A stretch of 64,000 nt of DNA from Octopus vulgaris (Eukaryota). Below the pieces are notes generated by a model. That model worked only from the letters and a program-made list of their open reading frames with translations, had not been told where the DNA came from and did not search any database. Shown piece after piece: positions 1 through 12,713 of this stretch. How positions within the stretch are numbered: position 1 is the stretch's first letter; each line of letters begins with the position of its first letter. The translations under genes were made by a program, and so were the position numbers. The stretch is from positions 111,972,001-112,036,000 of the forward strand of contig OX597818.1 of NCBI GenBank assembly GCA_951406725.2, in the 5' to 3' direction.

Positions 1-334
1 TGATGATGCTGGCAATAGCTATAACACTGGCAGCAGCAGCAGTATCAGCAGCAGTAATGGCTTGCAAGGACGACACCATCAGCAGCAGCATCTGCAACAA
101 CAACGACAACAACAGCAATAGCAACATACCGACATTGACATCATCACCATCATCATCATCAGGACAAGCAGCAGCGGCAGCAGCAGCAGCAGCAGCAGCG
201 ACAGCTACAGTTGCAGAAACAACACCGCCATCATCACCAACATCACAACCACCACAAACAACAACTACTACTACTACTACTGCTGCTGCTGTTGCTGCTG
301 CTGCTCCTACTACTACTAATACTACTACTATCAC

Positions 335-387
<53 letters not shown>

Positions 388-440
388 ACTACTACTACCA
401 CCACCATTACTAATACTACTACTACTACTACCACCACCAT

Positions 441-495
<55 letters not shown>

Positions 496-515
496 ACTAC
501 TACTACTACCACCAT

Positions 516-587
<72 letters not shown>

Positions 588-780
588 AGCAGCGGATATT
601 GTATTAGTAGCAGTAGTTCCAACAGCAATAGGAGCTGCACTAGCATCATTGTATATATATATATATATATATACAGTAGCCGCCTCAGCAGCAGCAGTAG
701 TAGTAGTAGTAGCAGTATGAGCAGCAGCAGCAGCAGCGGCTGGAGAAGATGCAAGAAGCATGAGTACAGCATCAGCAACA
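1..780. repeat. Mixed trinucleotide low-complexity tract (CAG/GCA, ACT, CAA, CAT)
   Basis: Directly visible triplet runs; the ORFs here are poly-A/T/S/V/L translations. Confidence 0.9.
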
Positions 781-1019
781 TTAGTTTGGTATTGTGTGGT
801 GGTGTGGTTGGTGTGGTGTGGTGTGTCTTGCTAGTGTCTCCGCGAACAGTGCATTCGTCACGATTTGCACCTTGTTCGATGTGAGGCCGGCTATTGACAC
901 GACGCACATCCATTATATTTGACAGTGATCCGGGGGGCCACGGTATCTGAGACCATCGCATCGGTGAAAGGGGGAAAGGATTGGAGAGTGCAGGATAGAG
1001 TGGAGGCGGCGGCGGTGGC

Positions 1020-1706
1020 GGTGAGGATGATGAGTGTGATGATGTGGATGATGTGGTTCATGAGAATGATGCTGGTGGTGGTGATGATGATGATGATGAT
1101 GAAGATGATGATGATGATGATGGGGATGATGAGGATGGTGGTGGTGGTGATGATGTTGATGAAGATGATGATGAGGGTGATGAGATGGTGGTGGTGGTGG
1201 GGGGGTGATGACGATGACGATAATGATGATGATGATGAGGGTGATGAGATGGTGGTGGTGGTGGTGATGACGATGACGATAATGATGATGATGATGATGA
1301 TCATCATCATCATCATCATCATGAGGATGGTGGTGATGGTGATGGCGGTGATGATGTGGGTGTTGGTGTGGATGATGAGAATGGTAGTAGTGGTGGTGGT
1401 GGTGATGATGATGATGATGATGATGGGATGGTGGTGGTGAAAATGTCGATAATATTGATAATGGGAAAGATGGTCAAAGTGATAGTATTGGTGGTGAAAA
1501 TGATGAAGTTGATAACAATGGTGATATAACTACAACCACCACTGCCGCTGCTGCGGCCACTACTGCTACTGATAATAATAATAAGGATAACAACAAGAAT
1601 AATAATACAAATTATCATTATCATTATTACTGTCGTTATCATTCTTTTTGTTCTTAGTTCTTCTACTCATTATTATTATTATTAATATTATTATTATTAT
1701 CATTAA

Positions 1707-1784
<78 letters not shown>

Positions 1785-1790
1785 CATAAC
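1020..1790. repeat. (GAT/GGT)n followed by (ATT)n microsatellites
   Basis: Visible triplet runs. Confidence 0.9.
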
Positions 1791-1908
1791 TTTCATCACC
1801 ATCTACGATTTTGCATTTCATCCTTCCGAGTTGATAAGTACCAGCTGAATACTGGAGTCGATGTAATCGAATCATCCCTTCCTACCACAGTTTCAGAGTC
1901 GTCGTCCT

Positions 1909-2055
1909 TTTCTTCTTCTTCTTCTTCTTCTTCTTCTTCTTCTTCTTCTTCTTCTTCTTCTTCTTCTTCTTCTTCTTCTTCTTCTTCTTCTTCTTCTTCT
2001 TCTTCTCCTCCTCCCTCACCTCCTCCTGCTCTTCCTGCTCCTCCTCCTTCTTCTT
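1909..2055. repeat. (TTC)n/(CTC)n microsatellite
   Basis: Visible run. Confidence 0.95.
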
Positions 2056-2059
2056 GACT

Positions 2060-2360
2060 TCATTCAGCTTCGTTCTTATTCCCGATAGGATTTATGTGAG
2101 TAAAGGGTTACTTCCCCATCATCTTAGCCATCCTCTACCTTCGAATAGTCTCTGAAGCACTTAAGACCCTCATGATAATCTTTCCTGTCCCTAAGAAGCA
2201 AACCTTCTCCAGAAGCTCTACAAGACATTCCATTCCAATCTCCTTCAACCATTTCTCTCAGTCTTTACTCACAATTCCCAATTCACCAATTATTACAGGC
2301 ACGACTTTTACACTTTCCATTCTTGCAATTTAAAATTTTAAGGGATTGTATTCATTTTTG
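2060..2360 (-). mobile_element. R4/Dong-like (restriction-like endonuclease) non-LTR retrotransposon 3' fragment
   Basis: Minus-strand translation ...VKVVPVIIGELGIVSKD*EKWLKEIG...LLEKVCFLGTGKIIMRVL matches the RLE-LINE C-terminus; bracketed by (TTC)n tracts. Confidence 0.7.
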
Positions 2361-2409
2361 TTTTCTTCTTCTTCTTCTTCTTCTTCTTCTTCTTCTTCTT
2401 CTTCTTCTT

Positions 2410-2468
<59 letters not shown>

Positions 2469-2470
2469 CA

Positions 2471-2504
<34 letters not shown>

Positions 2505-2508
<4 letters not shown>

Positions 2509-2875
2509 GAGTGAGAGAATAGCGCATGCCATCAAAGTGACACTGGGGTAAAATATACGAAGCCCAGTATACCCATCATGACTACCGGTCTGATAAGGGT
2601 ACACTAGGCTCATGCATCACAACCATATGTGCGCAACATGATGCTCCCCCACTACTTCTGCTCGTGATCAGAGAGACACATCTCGTCAGTCACTAAGGGA
2701 CATGGTCAACTGGTTATGGTCAAACAACTGACAAGCAAATCTGTGGTATTGAGCAGAATATTTGCTGCAGCCCATCTTTTATACCAAGACAAAACAATGT
2801 ACATGATAACACTTCAAATCAGTTAAGATCAGAAGCCATGAGAGCCACTGCCTGGTACTGCTTCAGGGCATTTAT
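2505..2875. mobile_element. Non-coding interspersed repeat between (ATT)n tracts, probably a LINE 3' UTR
   Basis: Complex sequence bounded by (ATT)n on both sides; family recognised only from memory. Confidence 0.4.
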
Positions 2876-2884
2876 TATTATTAT

Positions 2885-3262
2885 TCCTACCATATTCTGA
2901 GCGCCTTGTTTCCCTGGGCATGGATTCACTGAAGCTCCGGCGTTTGGCGACGGACTTGGTAAACACCCACAAAGTTATCAACCACCTCACCAACAACAAC
3001 ACTGAACACCTTTTTGATCTCCATGTGTCTAACACACGTGGACATGCCTACAAAGTCAGAAAACAATACAGCTCCCATGACTTTCGGAAACATTTTTTCA
3101 CGCTCAGAGTTGCTGAAGCATGGAATAAACTGCCTGCGTCAGTTGTTGACTGCCATGACACTGCATCTTTTAAGGCCCTCATGCTTTCCGAAATCCGCCG
3201 AAACTTCACCTGATTATATATACACTTTAGATGAGTTGTAGTGCACCTGAGCACTGTACACA
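2885..3262 (+). mobile_element. CR1/L2-like LINE 3' fragment with (ATT)n tail
   Basis: YSERL..LGMDSLKLRRLATDL...TRGHAYK...RKHFFTLRVAEAWNKLPASVV..FK is the typical CR1 ORF2 C-terminus. Confidence 0.85.
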
Positions 3263-3625
<363 letters not shown>

Positions 3626-3699
3626 TGATTTGACGCAGGTTTGATCTTATTCCTGACAGAATTCATGTGGGTAGCGGGTTGCCACCTACAAACTCAGGT

Positions 3700-4270
3700 A
3701 TCTACAATTTTTCAGTAGACTTTCAACTGCTTAAACCCCCACCTGATAATCTTTCTGGTCCCTAAAAGGTAATCTTTCTGAAGAATCTCGACAAGGCATT
3801 TCATTTCAATCTCCTTCGACTTCTTGTCGATATCTTTGCTTACAGTTCCTAATTTTCATATTCTAAATTCTTGCATTTTCAAATTTTAAGGGATTCATTT
3901 TTGTTTTTCTTGTTTTTCGTTTTCATTCTTTACGATCCTGGAATCGGACGGACATGATGGATACATTAGTAGACAACTTCGCTTTTTTCTTGTTTATCTT
4001 TGTATTGTCTGACATATTATTTTCTAGTTTCTTCTCCGTTTGAATAGGAAAGTCCCAGAGAATCTTGCAATTCTCCGACTCCAGCACTCTTTCGAACTGA
4101 TATTCATACCATGTATCTCCAGCTTCAAATCTATTTCTGGCAAAACATCCAATGTCAAACTTTTACAACTTGGTTATGCCCTCATTTCTTATATTCTTCC
4201 TGTGCCGACTTGGGACCTTCTGCAACAATGTGTGTCACAGTCCCGTTCCAGCTCCCCATAAACATTCTCC
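3700..4270 (-). mobile_element. Decayed R4/Dong-like LINE RLE-domain fragment
   Basis: Minus translation RVLESENCKILWDFPIQT matches the ILWDFxIQTD motif; shares sequence with 2060-2360. Confidence 0.65.
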
Positions 4271-4304
4271 CCATAAACGTTTTTGTTTTTATCCCTTTGT
4301 CCTC

Positions 4305-4435
4305 GGCTACCAAATCCACTCACAAGGCTTTGGTCGGCTTAGAAGTATAATTGAAAATACTCTCCCAAGGTGCTACACAGTGTGACTGAACCTGGTTTGA
4401 AAGCAAACTTCTTACCACACAGCTATGCCGGCACC
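4305..4435 (-). mobile_element. tRNA-derived SINE (major family), 5' part
   Basis: ctaccaaatccactcacaaggctttggtcggc...cttaccacacagc matches the other copies in the window. Confidence 0.8.
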
Positions 4436-4655
4436 AAAGCCACGCCTACACCTAGACCACGCCGGTACCTAGGCCTTGCCGGCACCTAAGCCACGCCGGT
4501 ACCTAGGCCACGCTGGCACTTAGGTCACACCGGCACCTAAGCCACGCCGGCATCTAAGCCACGCTGGCATCTAAGCCACGCCGGCATCTAGGCCTTGCTG
4601 GCACCTAAGCCACGCCGGCACTTAGGCCACGCCGACACCTAGGCTACGCCTGTAC
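4418..4655. repeat. 17-bp minisatellite, ~14 copies (CCTAAGCCACGCCGGCA)
   Basis: Tandem units read directly. Confidence 0.9.
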
Positions 4656-5697
4656 CATTTTCTAGAAGCTTTCAGTCTCTTGTTTAACTTCCATCTGTAT
4701 TCACTTTGTTTTTGTATTCGTTTCTCCTTTCCTATAATCTCGAACGATTTCTCCTCCCCCTTAAGTGTTTGCCGTCTTTCCATCACTGAAATCGACGGAC
4801 GGTAAAGCAGCTCGAACCCTTTGGCGGTTCCTGCGCTGGAGGAAGCGGAGACACGAGTCCTCAGTTACCGTAGGTTCCTCATGTTGATGGTAAAATGGAC
4901 GAGACGGTTTTGTCTACTTTCATTCAAGCTATTCCCGGAGCTAGGGCCGGTCGAACTCTGAAGAGATCGGTTGTTGCTTTTACTGCTACGGTTTCTACTA
5001 CCATCGGCCTTCCCTTAAAAATCTTTCCCTTCTTCTGGACAGGTATCTCTCAAGTGTTCTTTACCATTACACGTTAAGCGAATGAACCTTCCGCTTGCAT
5101 CGTCAACCTCAGTTCATAGTTCCTTCTCATTAAAAGATATGCACCTCGATTATAATTATGTAGCGTTCGAGGACCATTAAGACATTGATGTCTGTCCAGG
5201 CCACACCTGGCAATATGGTGCTGCGGGTATTCACCATAGGCTCCATCTACCCGTATTGGACCGCAAACACAGCGACAAGCCAAGCGCTAAATTAAGTATT
5301 ATTAAGTCTGTCCATATTCCCGTTTATGGTTTTCTTTTTGTGTTTTTTAAGGATTTCTCTCATTAGACCACCCTGAAGAAGTTTTCCTCGAATGAATCGA
5401 CCCCCTAGTAGTTAGCTTATGGTAAGGCATGGCACTTATTCTGCTAGTCTCTTTTGCCGAACCGCTCAGTAACAGGGACTTAAATACACCGACCTCAAGC
5501 CTTGGTAGGGAATAAACACAGATCAATGACAGACAGAGACACACAGACACACAGACACACAGACACATACACACATACTCACACAATAATACTCCCCCCC
5601 ATACAAATGCACCTACACACACGCACACGCATACACCCATATTTTGCACTCAAACAAGCGCCAAATCTGTCGGAACTCTGCGTAAATTAAGGAATTC

Positions 5698-6175
5698 GTG
5701 AACAAGAGGAAGAACAAGAGGAAGAGGAAGAAGGAGAAGCGGAAGAAGATGAAGATGAGGAAGAGGAAGGAGAAGAAGAAAAAGAATCAAAAGACAATGA
5801 AGAAGAAGAGGACGAACAAGAAGAAGAAGAGGAAGGAGAAGAATAAAAAGAATAAGAAGACGAGGAAGAAGAAGAGGAAGGAGAAGAAGAAAAAGAATAA
5901 AGAGACGAGGAAGAAGAGGAAGGAGAAGAGGAAGAAGAGGAAGGAGAAGACGAGGAAGAAGAAGAAGAAGTAGAAGAGGAAGGAGAAGACGAGGAAGAAG
6001 AGGAAAAAGAATAAGGAGAAGACGAGGAAGAAGAAGAGGAAGTAGAAGAGGAAGGAGAAGAGGAAAAAGAAGAGGAAGAAGCGGAGGAAGAAGAGGAGGA
6101 AGAAGAATATGAAGTAAGGGGGGGGGGGCACAAAAAAGAGGAGGAGGGTAGGAAAAGAAGATGATGAAAAAGAAG
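5698..6175. repeat. (GAA/GAG)n purine-rich low-complexity tract
   Basis: Visible. Confidence 0.9.
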
Positions 6176-8547
6176 ATTTTTACTGATTTCTGATATTTGG
6201 ACGCTCATACTCCCAAAAGTGGAATATCCAAGAGAATTCGCAAAGGCTCTTTAAATTTCCCTGACAATCATAAAATCGTGACTAAGAAGAACAATTATAT
6301 AGAATTCAAAGAATGGCCATTTTAGCATAATTATAAATTACAACCAAAAATATCTGAACGGGTGAATCGGTCGACACACTTCACTCATATATTTTATTGT
6401 TTCCAGATTAATAATTGTTGAAGTGAACTCCAGTGGGATTTAATTTCAGAATATCTAGATCCGTATCTAAATAGCTCAAGGCCTTGCCTTCTCTGCACTC
6501 CTCTTTCTGTAGTCAGACGCCCTGTTTTGAAATAATAAAGAAATGCGATATTGTTTATTATTCATAAGGTTTTGGATTCTTTAGGGAGTTAAGAGACCGG
6601 CTTAAGAGGACCGGCCATTTGTTTCGTTCATTGTAACCGCTCCTATTAATAAAGATTTGTAACCTAGGAATAAGGACATCGGTTTTGGAGGGAGAGAAGC
6701 TTTCAATTAGATCCAGTTACTTTCAAACTATCAACGCCAAACTCTTCTACATTATATGGCAAATATTTTAGCCGTTCCGCCAACTTTAACAATAACAAAA
6801 GCAAAGTAGAGTTTCTATCCCTACGCCATGTTTGAAACGACCTAAATTCTGTTTAACACGCCGATCTGTTCGCTTCTCGTTTCTAATCTCATATCGACTT
6901 CAGTATTCAGCCGGTGTTTCTTCCATTGATCTCGGAAGGATTAAAGGTGAAACCGAATGTGAAAAGGACGTAAGTAAGCATTCTAAGAATTCCTATATGG
7001 CATCTTAAATTTGTAATTTGGTGCGGAGTGAAGGATTCATCGTTTCTGACTAATGTACTTCATCTTTGAAGGATGAAATGAAGGAGATGTTTTTACCTGG
7101 CTGTTGTAAGTTTGTCTGACAAAGAAAATGTAGTGTAGATGTGCATCAAAGAAGACTAAAAGATGGAGAAAAATTGTTGATGGAGGTCGAAGTTTCGAGC
7201 ATGCTGGAGTCAGAGCTAAAAAGGAAAGTTTGAAGCTAAATCCCTCGGACCAGGCAGGTAGAAAAAGTGGTTTGCAGACGAGAAGAAATGGCGGAGAGTG
7301 GGATACAAAGCGTTAACGGACAATACACACAAAAAGCTGTTCAAAGACGCCATTTGTGTTTGGCTTATTCTCTTTAGGTTTTATGAGTGAGACAGTCTCC
7401 ATCATAATTAGCTGGTTCAAGACATTAATAATTAAAATATTGTATCGTATTTAATCCATGTACTTCGTAGGGATTAGGAAAGTGAAGATTAAAATGTCAT
7501 TATGTTCCAATCACATATAAGCATTTCAGACTTAACTGAATATCTTCAGAGTCTTGCCGAATTATAAATCGCTTTAGAGAATTTAGGTGGAGAGATAAGG
7601 CCTTGGAGATAGAGAATAAGGATGACAGGAAAACAGAAAGACAGATTTAGGAGTGAAGGAAAGTGTAGGAAAACGGGATTATTTGTCATAAGAAGCAAGA
7701 TGGACACAGTTCTTCAAATCGAAGGAAAATGTTGAACGCTCTTATATTCTAATCACCTCTAAAATCAAAAGATAAGCAGAGTGTGTGTGTAAGAGAGAGA
7801 AAAAGAAAGATAGAGAAAGAGGGAGAAAGAAAAGAAAAGAGAGAGAAAACGAGAGAGAGAGAGAGAGAGAGAGAGGAAATGAGTGAGTTAGGAGTGTGCG
7901 TGTTGAATGTTACTTTTCGTAGCTAAAATCTCATTGAAATGTTTAGGGACATTTTATCATCTGCATTCAAAACGCTTTTTTTTTCTTAATGGCAGTAATT
8001 ACGATAAGGGTTAGAACGAAAACTAAAAAAAAAAATATATGGTCTGTAAATAGTTTAACTATTTAGATACAAGTACAGAAAACCCTATCTTTACTGAAGT
8101 AATGCGTTCCTGAAAAGATGACCGTAACGCAAAACTCTGTAATGCAAAATTAATTTTCCTATTGATTTTTATATTATCAAGTGGGATTGCATTCCTACAG
8201 ACATTTTCGGGAAGGAAAAAAAGCGGGGAAAGAAAATGCACAACAAAACAACGGAGAAAAAGCAATCGGATCGCCTCCATACATGAAAATAACTATTTCT
8301 AAGCATGCACGATACAATCTCGTAGGTAAAAACGAGGGAATTAATAACAATCATAATATCGTTAGAATTCGTTCTCACCTTAAAAGATGTGAGGGGCGGC
8401 GGTGGAATGAGTGTTACTAGAAGGATGGAGAACAGCACTTACAACGTTACACTTCATTATCACGAGCATCAGCTCGAAATATGAAGAACCAATCCAAAGT
8501 CAATTTGTTGTTTATGACGTATCATCTCTTTGTACAGTTCAGTGTGT

Positions 8548-8750
8548 AGGCGCAATGGCCCAGTGGTTAGGGCAGCGGACATGCGGTGGTAGGATCGCGG
8601 TTTCAATTCCAAGACCCGGTGTTGCGGTTGTTTATTGACCCAAAAGATCCTAAAACTCCACGAGGCTCGGGCGGGAGTGTCGAACCCTGGTGTACTCTTT
8701 CATCACAACTTTCTCTCACTCTTTCTTCTTGTTTCTGTTGTACATTTACT
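8548..8750 (+). mobile_element. tRNA-headed SINE (second family), truncated
   Basis: A box TGGCCCAGTGG and B-box-like GTTTCAATTCC; homologous to 23119-23478. Confidence 0.8.
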
Positions 8751-8930
8751 TCAAAGTCTTCGAAGACAGTTGCTCCCAGAAGTAGCAAAATAAAATTTGG
8801 GATGTATGGAGGGTCAAAGCTGGGGACAAAAACAGGAGAGTGGCGACACGCACACACACACATATATATATATAAATATATATTTATATTTATATCTATC
8901 TATATATATATATGTATGCACACACACACA

Positions 8931-8966
<36 letters not shown>

Positions 8967-8978
8967 TTGCGTGTGTGC

Positions 8979-9024
<46 letters not shown>

Positions 9025-9120
9025 CGGGAAGCTTTATGAAAATAAACAAAAGATGAAGGCAGGTGGAGTACAAACAAACAATTGTATTAGTATGGCGCTC
9101 AGGAATATAAATAAAACAAG

Positions 9121-9158
9121 TCTTTTACGTTTCGAGCCTACGCTCTTCAACAGAAATA
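9121..9158 (-). ncRNA. Minimal type-I hammerhead-like motif (U at core position 6)
   Basis: UUU-CUGUUGA-A-GAGC(GUAG)GCUC-GAAA-CG-UA-AAA. Confidence 0.6.
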
Positions 9159-9989
9159 TACACAGAAAAGAAACACGGAGAGAAACAAGGAGAGAAAAAA
9201 AATGCGTGCAGAAGCTAGCGATTCAACATGGCGATTCTGGCCAGAAGTCAGAGACCAAACGTGAGACGCAAGAGCGAAAATAGGGGAGATAACAGGGTCA
9301 AATGACTTCGCCCCAACATAAGGGTGCGTGTGTGTTTGAGAGAGTATGTGGTGCGTATGAAAGGTCTGGACGTGTGTATGTATGTATGTATGATGTGATG
9401 TGTAATGTCGTATGGTGTAGTGTAGAGAGGGGAGATGGGGGGTGAGTGAGAGAGATGAGGGGAGAGGGGAAGAGGGGTGGAGAAGGAGAGAGGAGGGAGG
9501 AGGGAGAAGAGGAAAGGTGAGAGTGAGGGGGTGGGTGGGTGAGAGGGTGAGAAGGAAAGAAGGAGGGGTAAGGGTGAGATGAGATGAGGGGTGTGAGAAG
9601 GGGGGAGAAAGAAAGAGGAGAAGAGGGGGGAGGAGGGGGAAGGGGAGAAGGAAGGAGAGGAGAAGGAAGGAGAGAGGAAGGGGAGAAGGAAGGGGAGAAG
9701 GAAGGGGAGAAGGAAGGAGAGGAGAAGAGGAGGAGAGAGGAAGGAGAGAAGGAAGGAGAGGAGAAGAGGAGGGGGATGGGAAAGGAGGGGAGAGGAGGAA
9801 GGGGAGGATAGGGGGAGAGAGAAGGGGAGTGAGGGAGCAGAGAGAAACAGAGAAGGGGAAGAGGGAAGAAGAAAGAGGAAAGAAGAGGAGGGAAGAAGGG
9901 AAGAGGAGGGAAAGAGAGTAGGGGTGAAAAGATGAAGGACCGAAGAGAAGCAGGAGTCGGGGGGAGGTTAGATGAGGAGGGGGGGGGAG

Positions 9990-12700
9990 TTGAGACCAAA
10001 TGCGTAAAAGAGCGAAGAGAGAAGATTAATCTATGTTCACGGCGCAAACGGGAATCCGGATGGCCTCTGTGCAAGGACAAACCGAACACAGACAGGTGTT
10101 GCAAGGAGCGATCGGTGGAGCGGAAGTGGCGTGAGACCGGTGTGTCGTTAGCAAGGCGGATGTCACGGAGGTGTTCCGCGAACCGGTCAGCCAAGCGGCG
10201 TCCCGTTTGTCCGATGTACAGGGAATGGCAGAGAGAGCAAGAGATGCAATAGATGATATTACTGGAGGTGCAGGTGAAGGAGTTGATGATACGATAGGGT
10301 CGATGATGGGTGCCAGTGAGGAGGGTGGTGCTGGAGAGGTAAGGGAAAGTGTGGCAACGTGGGCTGGAGCAGGGGAACGAGCCAGTTTGGGAGGTAGGGT
10401 CAGGGAAGGAGCTGTGGACCAAAAGGTCTCGTAGGTTATGGGCTCGTTTGAAGGAGGGGAGGGGTCGGTTAGGGAAGAGGTGTGAAGTGGACGGGTCGGA
10501 CTGGAGATGGCGGAAAGCTCGAAGAATGGTGCGTTGGAGAGGTAGGGTCGTGGGGTGGTAAGTGAGGGGAAAAGGGAGGCGGGAGACTACAGGGCGGGTT
10601 CGGGAAGAGAGAGCAGATGCACGGTCTACGGAACGTGCTCTGACAAGGGCGGTGTAGATAGTGGTGAGGGGGTATCCACGTAGGATGAAGTGGCGAGCCA
10701 TGCGTTGAGACTGAGTCTCAAAGTCATGGTCGTCACTACAGAGCCTACGTAGACGGAGGAATTGGGAATAGGGGATGGAAAGCTTGGTGTGTTTTGGGTG
10801 GGAGGAAGAGAAGTTTAGGTATGAGTGTGAGTCTGTGTGTTTGAAGTGAATGGAGGTGGTAATAGTGGAGTGATGAATGCTGACCGAAATGTCGAGGAAG
10901 GAGACAGAGGTGTTGGAGATAGTGGAGGTGAAGTGGAGGGCTGGATGGAAGGATTGAACGAAAGAGAGGAAGGAATCTAGATGTTCACGGGAGAGTGAGG
11001 TGGCACCGATAATGTCGTCAATGTAACGACCGTATAGTTCGGGAGTGGGAGCAGTGAAATTAGAGAATATTTTGGCCTCAACATAGCCAACGAACAGGTT
11101 CGCATAGTTGGGACCCATTCGCGTTCCCATGGCCACTCCCGAGAACTGTTGGTAGAACTCGCCCGCGAACGAGAAGCAGTTAAGAGAAAGGACAAGTTCG
11201 GCCAGACGAATGAGTGTGGAAGTGTCGGGTTCGGGGTTGGGGCGGAGGTCGAGAAAGTGTTGAAGTGCCCGCAGTCCTTCGTGGTGAGGGATGACGGTAT
11301 AGATGACGGTATAAGTAAAGAAATAGGTATAGAGACTCTGGGTGTCCATTGTAAAAAGTATTTTCGAGGAGCCGGGAGGAAAGGAGAATGAGTTGAACAG
11401 CCGGAGAGCATGGTTGGTGTCGTGGATGTTGGAGGGAAGAGACGCCACTAGGGGGGCAAGGACACGGTCGAGGTATTTTGAGATGAGCTCCGTGGGGCAG
11501 TTGCAGGCGGAGACAATGGGGCGGCCAGGGTTGTTGGGTTTGTGGATTTTGGGGAGGAAGAAAATGGTGGGGGTGCGTGGGGTTCGCACAATTAGGTTGG
11601 ATGCGGTGTGGGGGAGACGGGAGGACGAGATGAGGTCGTGGACGGTAGAGGATACCGTCTGTTGGTAGCTACGTGTGGGATTAGAGGACAGAGGGGAGTA
11701 GAAGGAGGTGTCATTGAGTTGGCGGAGAGCCTCGGCCCTGTAGAGGTCCACGCGTCACACCACCACAGCTCCACCCTTGTCAGCCGGTTTAATGATAATG
11801 TCAGCGCGCCGTTGGAGGGAACGAAGAGCCGAGAGCTCGGCCGGGGAGATGTTGAGGCGGCGGTGGCGCCTGGAGAAGTTGATCCGCTCCAACGCACGCT
11901 GACAGGCGCCCGCGAAAAGATCAACCGCTAGGAACTGGCCGGGTGCAGGCGTCCACGGGGATGGTCGGCGGCCCAGGTCAGTGAAGCAGTCCTCATCGTT
12001 GGATGCGGATGGTGAGTCGCGGAAAAACGCACCCAACCGGACGCGGCGCACAAAGCTGTGGACATAAGCTCGCGTCTGGAATTCCTTACAGGATGGAGTG
12101 AGGGGGATGAAACGCAGACCTCTACCAAGGACGGAGCGTTCCGCCGCGGAGAGGGGAAGATCAGGGGGAATGGTAACAACAGACGGAAGTGGAGAAGGGG
12201 TGGGTGGAATAGAAGTACGAGGAGTGGATGGAATGGGAGTAAGAGTAGGAGGGGTGGTAGGGCTGGTGGAGGTCTGAGGGGGAGGGATTGGGGAGGTGTG
12301 TGTGGGGTTGTTGGGTGGGATAGTGGGGTTAGGTGTGGGTGGGTGGAGCATATCAGGAGGGGAGAAGGGTAGTGGAGGAGTTGGGGTGGTGGCGTCGGGT
12401 GTGGTGGAATAGAGGAGTGATTGGAGTTTACGAAGTTTGGTATTGGAAAGAAATTGATGGAAGAGGTGATTCAAATGGATAATGAAGCGTAGCGTGTGTG
12501 GAGCATGGAAAGGCGGCAGAGAGGAGAAAAATGTGGAAAAAAGCAGGAGGGAGGAGGCAGTCGATGGTATGTACTTTAGAGAGATTGGAGCGAATGGTGG
12601 CCCGCATCAGGCGGTAAGATGTGGTGCGGAGTATGGGTAAGATGGAAGAAGCCGATATTATGGAGATGTACTTGCATAGCGAGTGACTTGATCTGAGATC
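9990..12700 (-). pseudogene. PLE polyprotein: reverse transcriptase, Cys-rich linker and GIY-YIG endonuclease, disrupted
   Basis: Motifs KPADKGGAVVV, LPKIHK..PGRPIVS, TMDTQSLYT, GVAMGTRMGP, RYIDD, C-x4-C linker, IIYCISC..C..LYIGQT, RFAEH. In-frame TGA at 11755-11757, a small duplication (YTVIYTVIP), and frameshifts near 12480 and 10000. Confidence 0.9.
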
Positions 12701-12713
12701 GTGTGCTGGAACG

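Larger units (their letters stand above)
9025..12712 (-). mobile_element. Penelope-like retroelement (Neptune-type), 5'-truncated, with 3' terminal repeat abutting (TA)n
   Basis: RT + GIY-YIG ORF; 3' repeat 9025-9222 contains an HHR-like motif and has a solo copy at 56577-56750. Confidence 0.92.

Noticed and set aside
5687-6208. Poly-Ser / Lys-Arg-Glu-rich ORFs
   Set aside because: Translations of a (GAA/GAG)n tract.
7050-7720. Possible very old PLE remnant and CUGAAGA motif on the minus strand
   Set aside because: Only vague motif similarity, and no consistent stem II/GAAA register; cannot be supported by eye.
9298-9985. Pro/Ser/Leu-rich C-terminal extension of the 817-aa ORF
   Set aside because: Read-through into the low-complexity 3' UTR after a frameshift at the end of the GIY-YIG domain.
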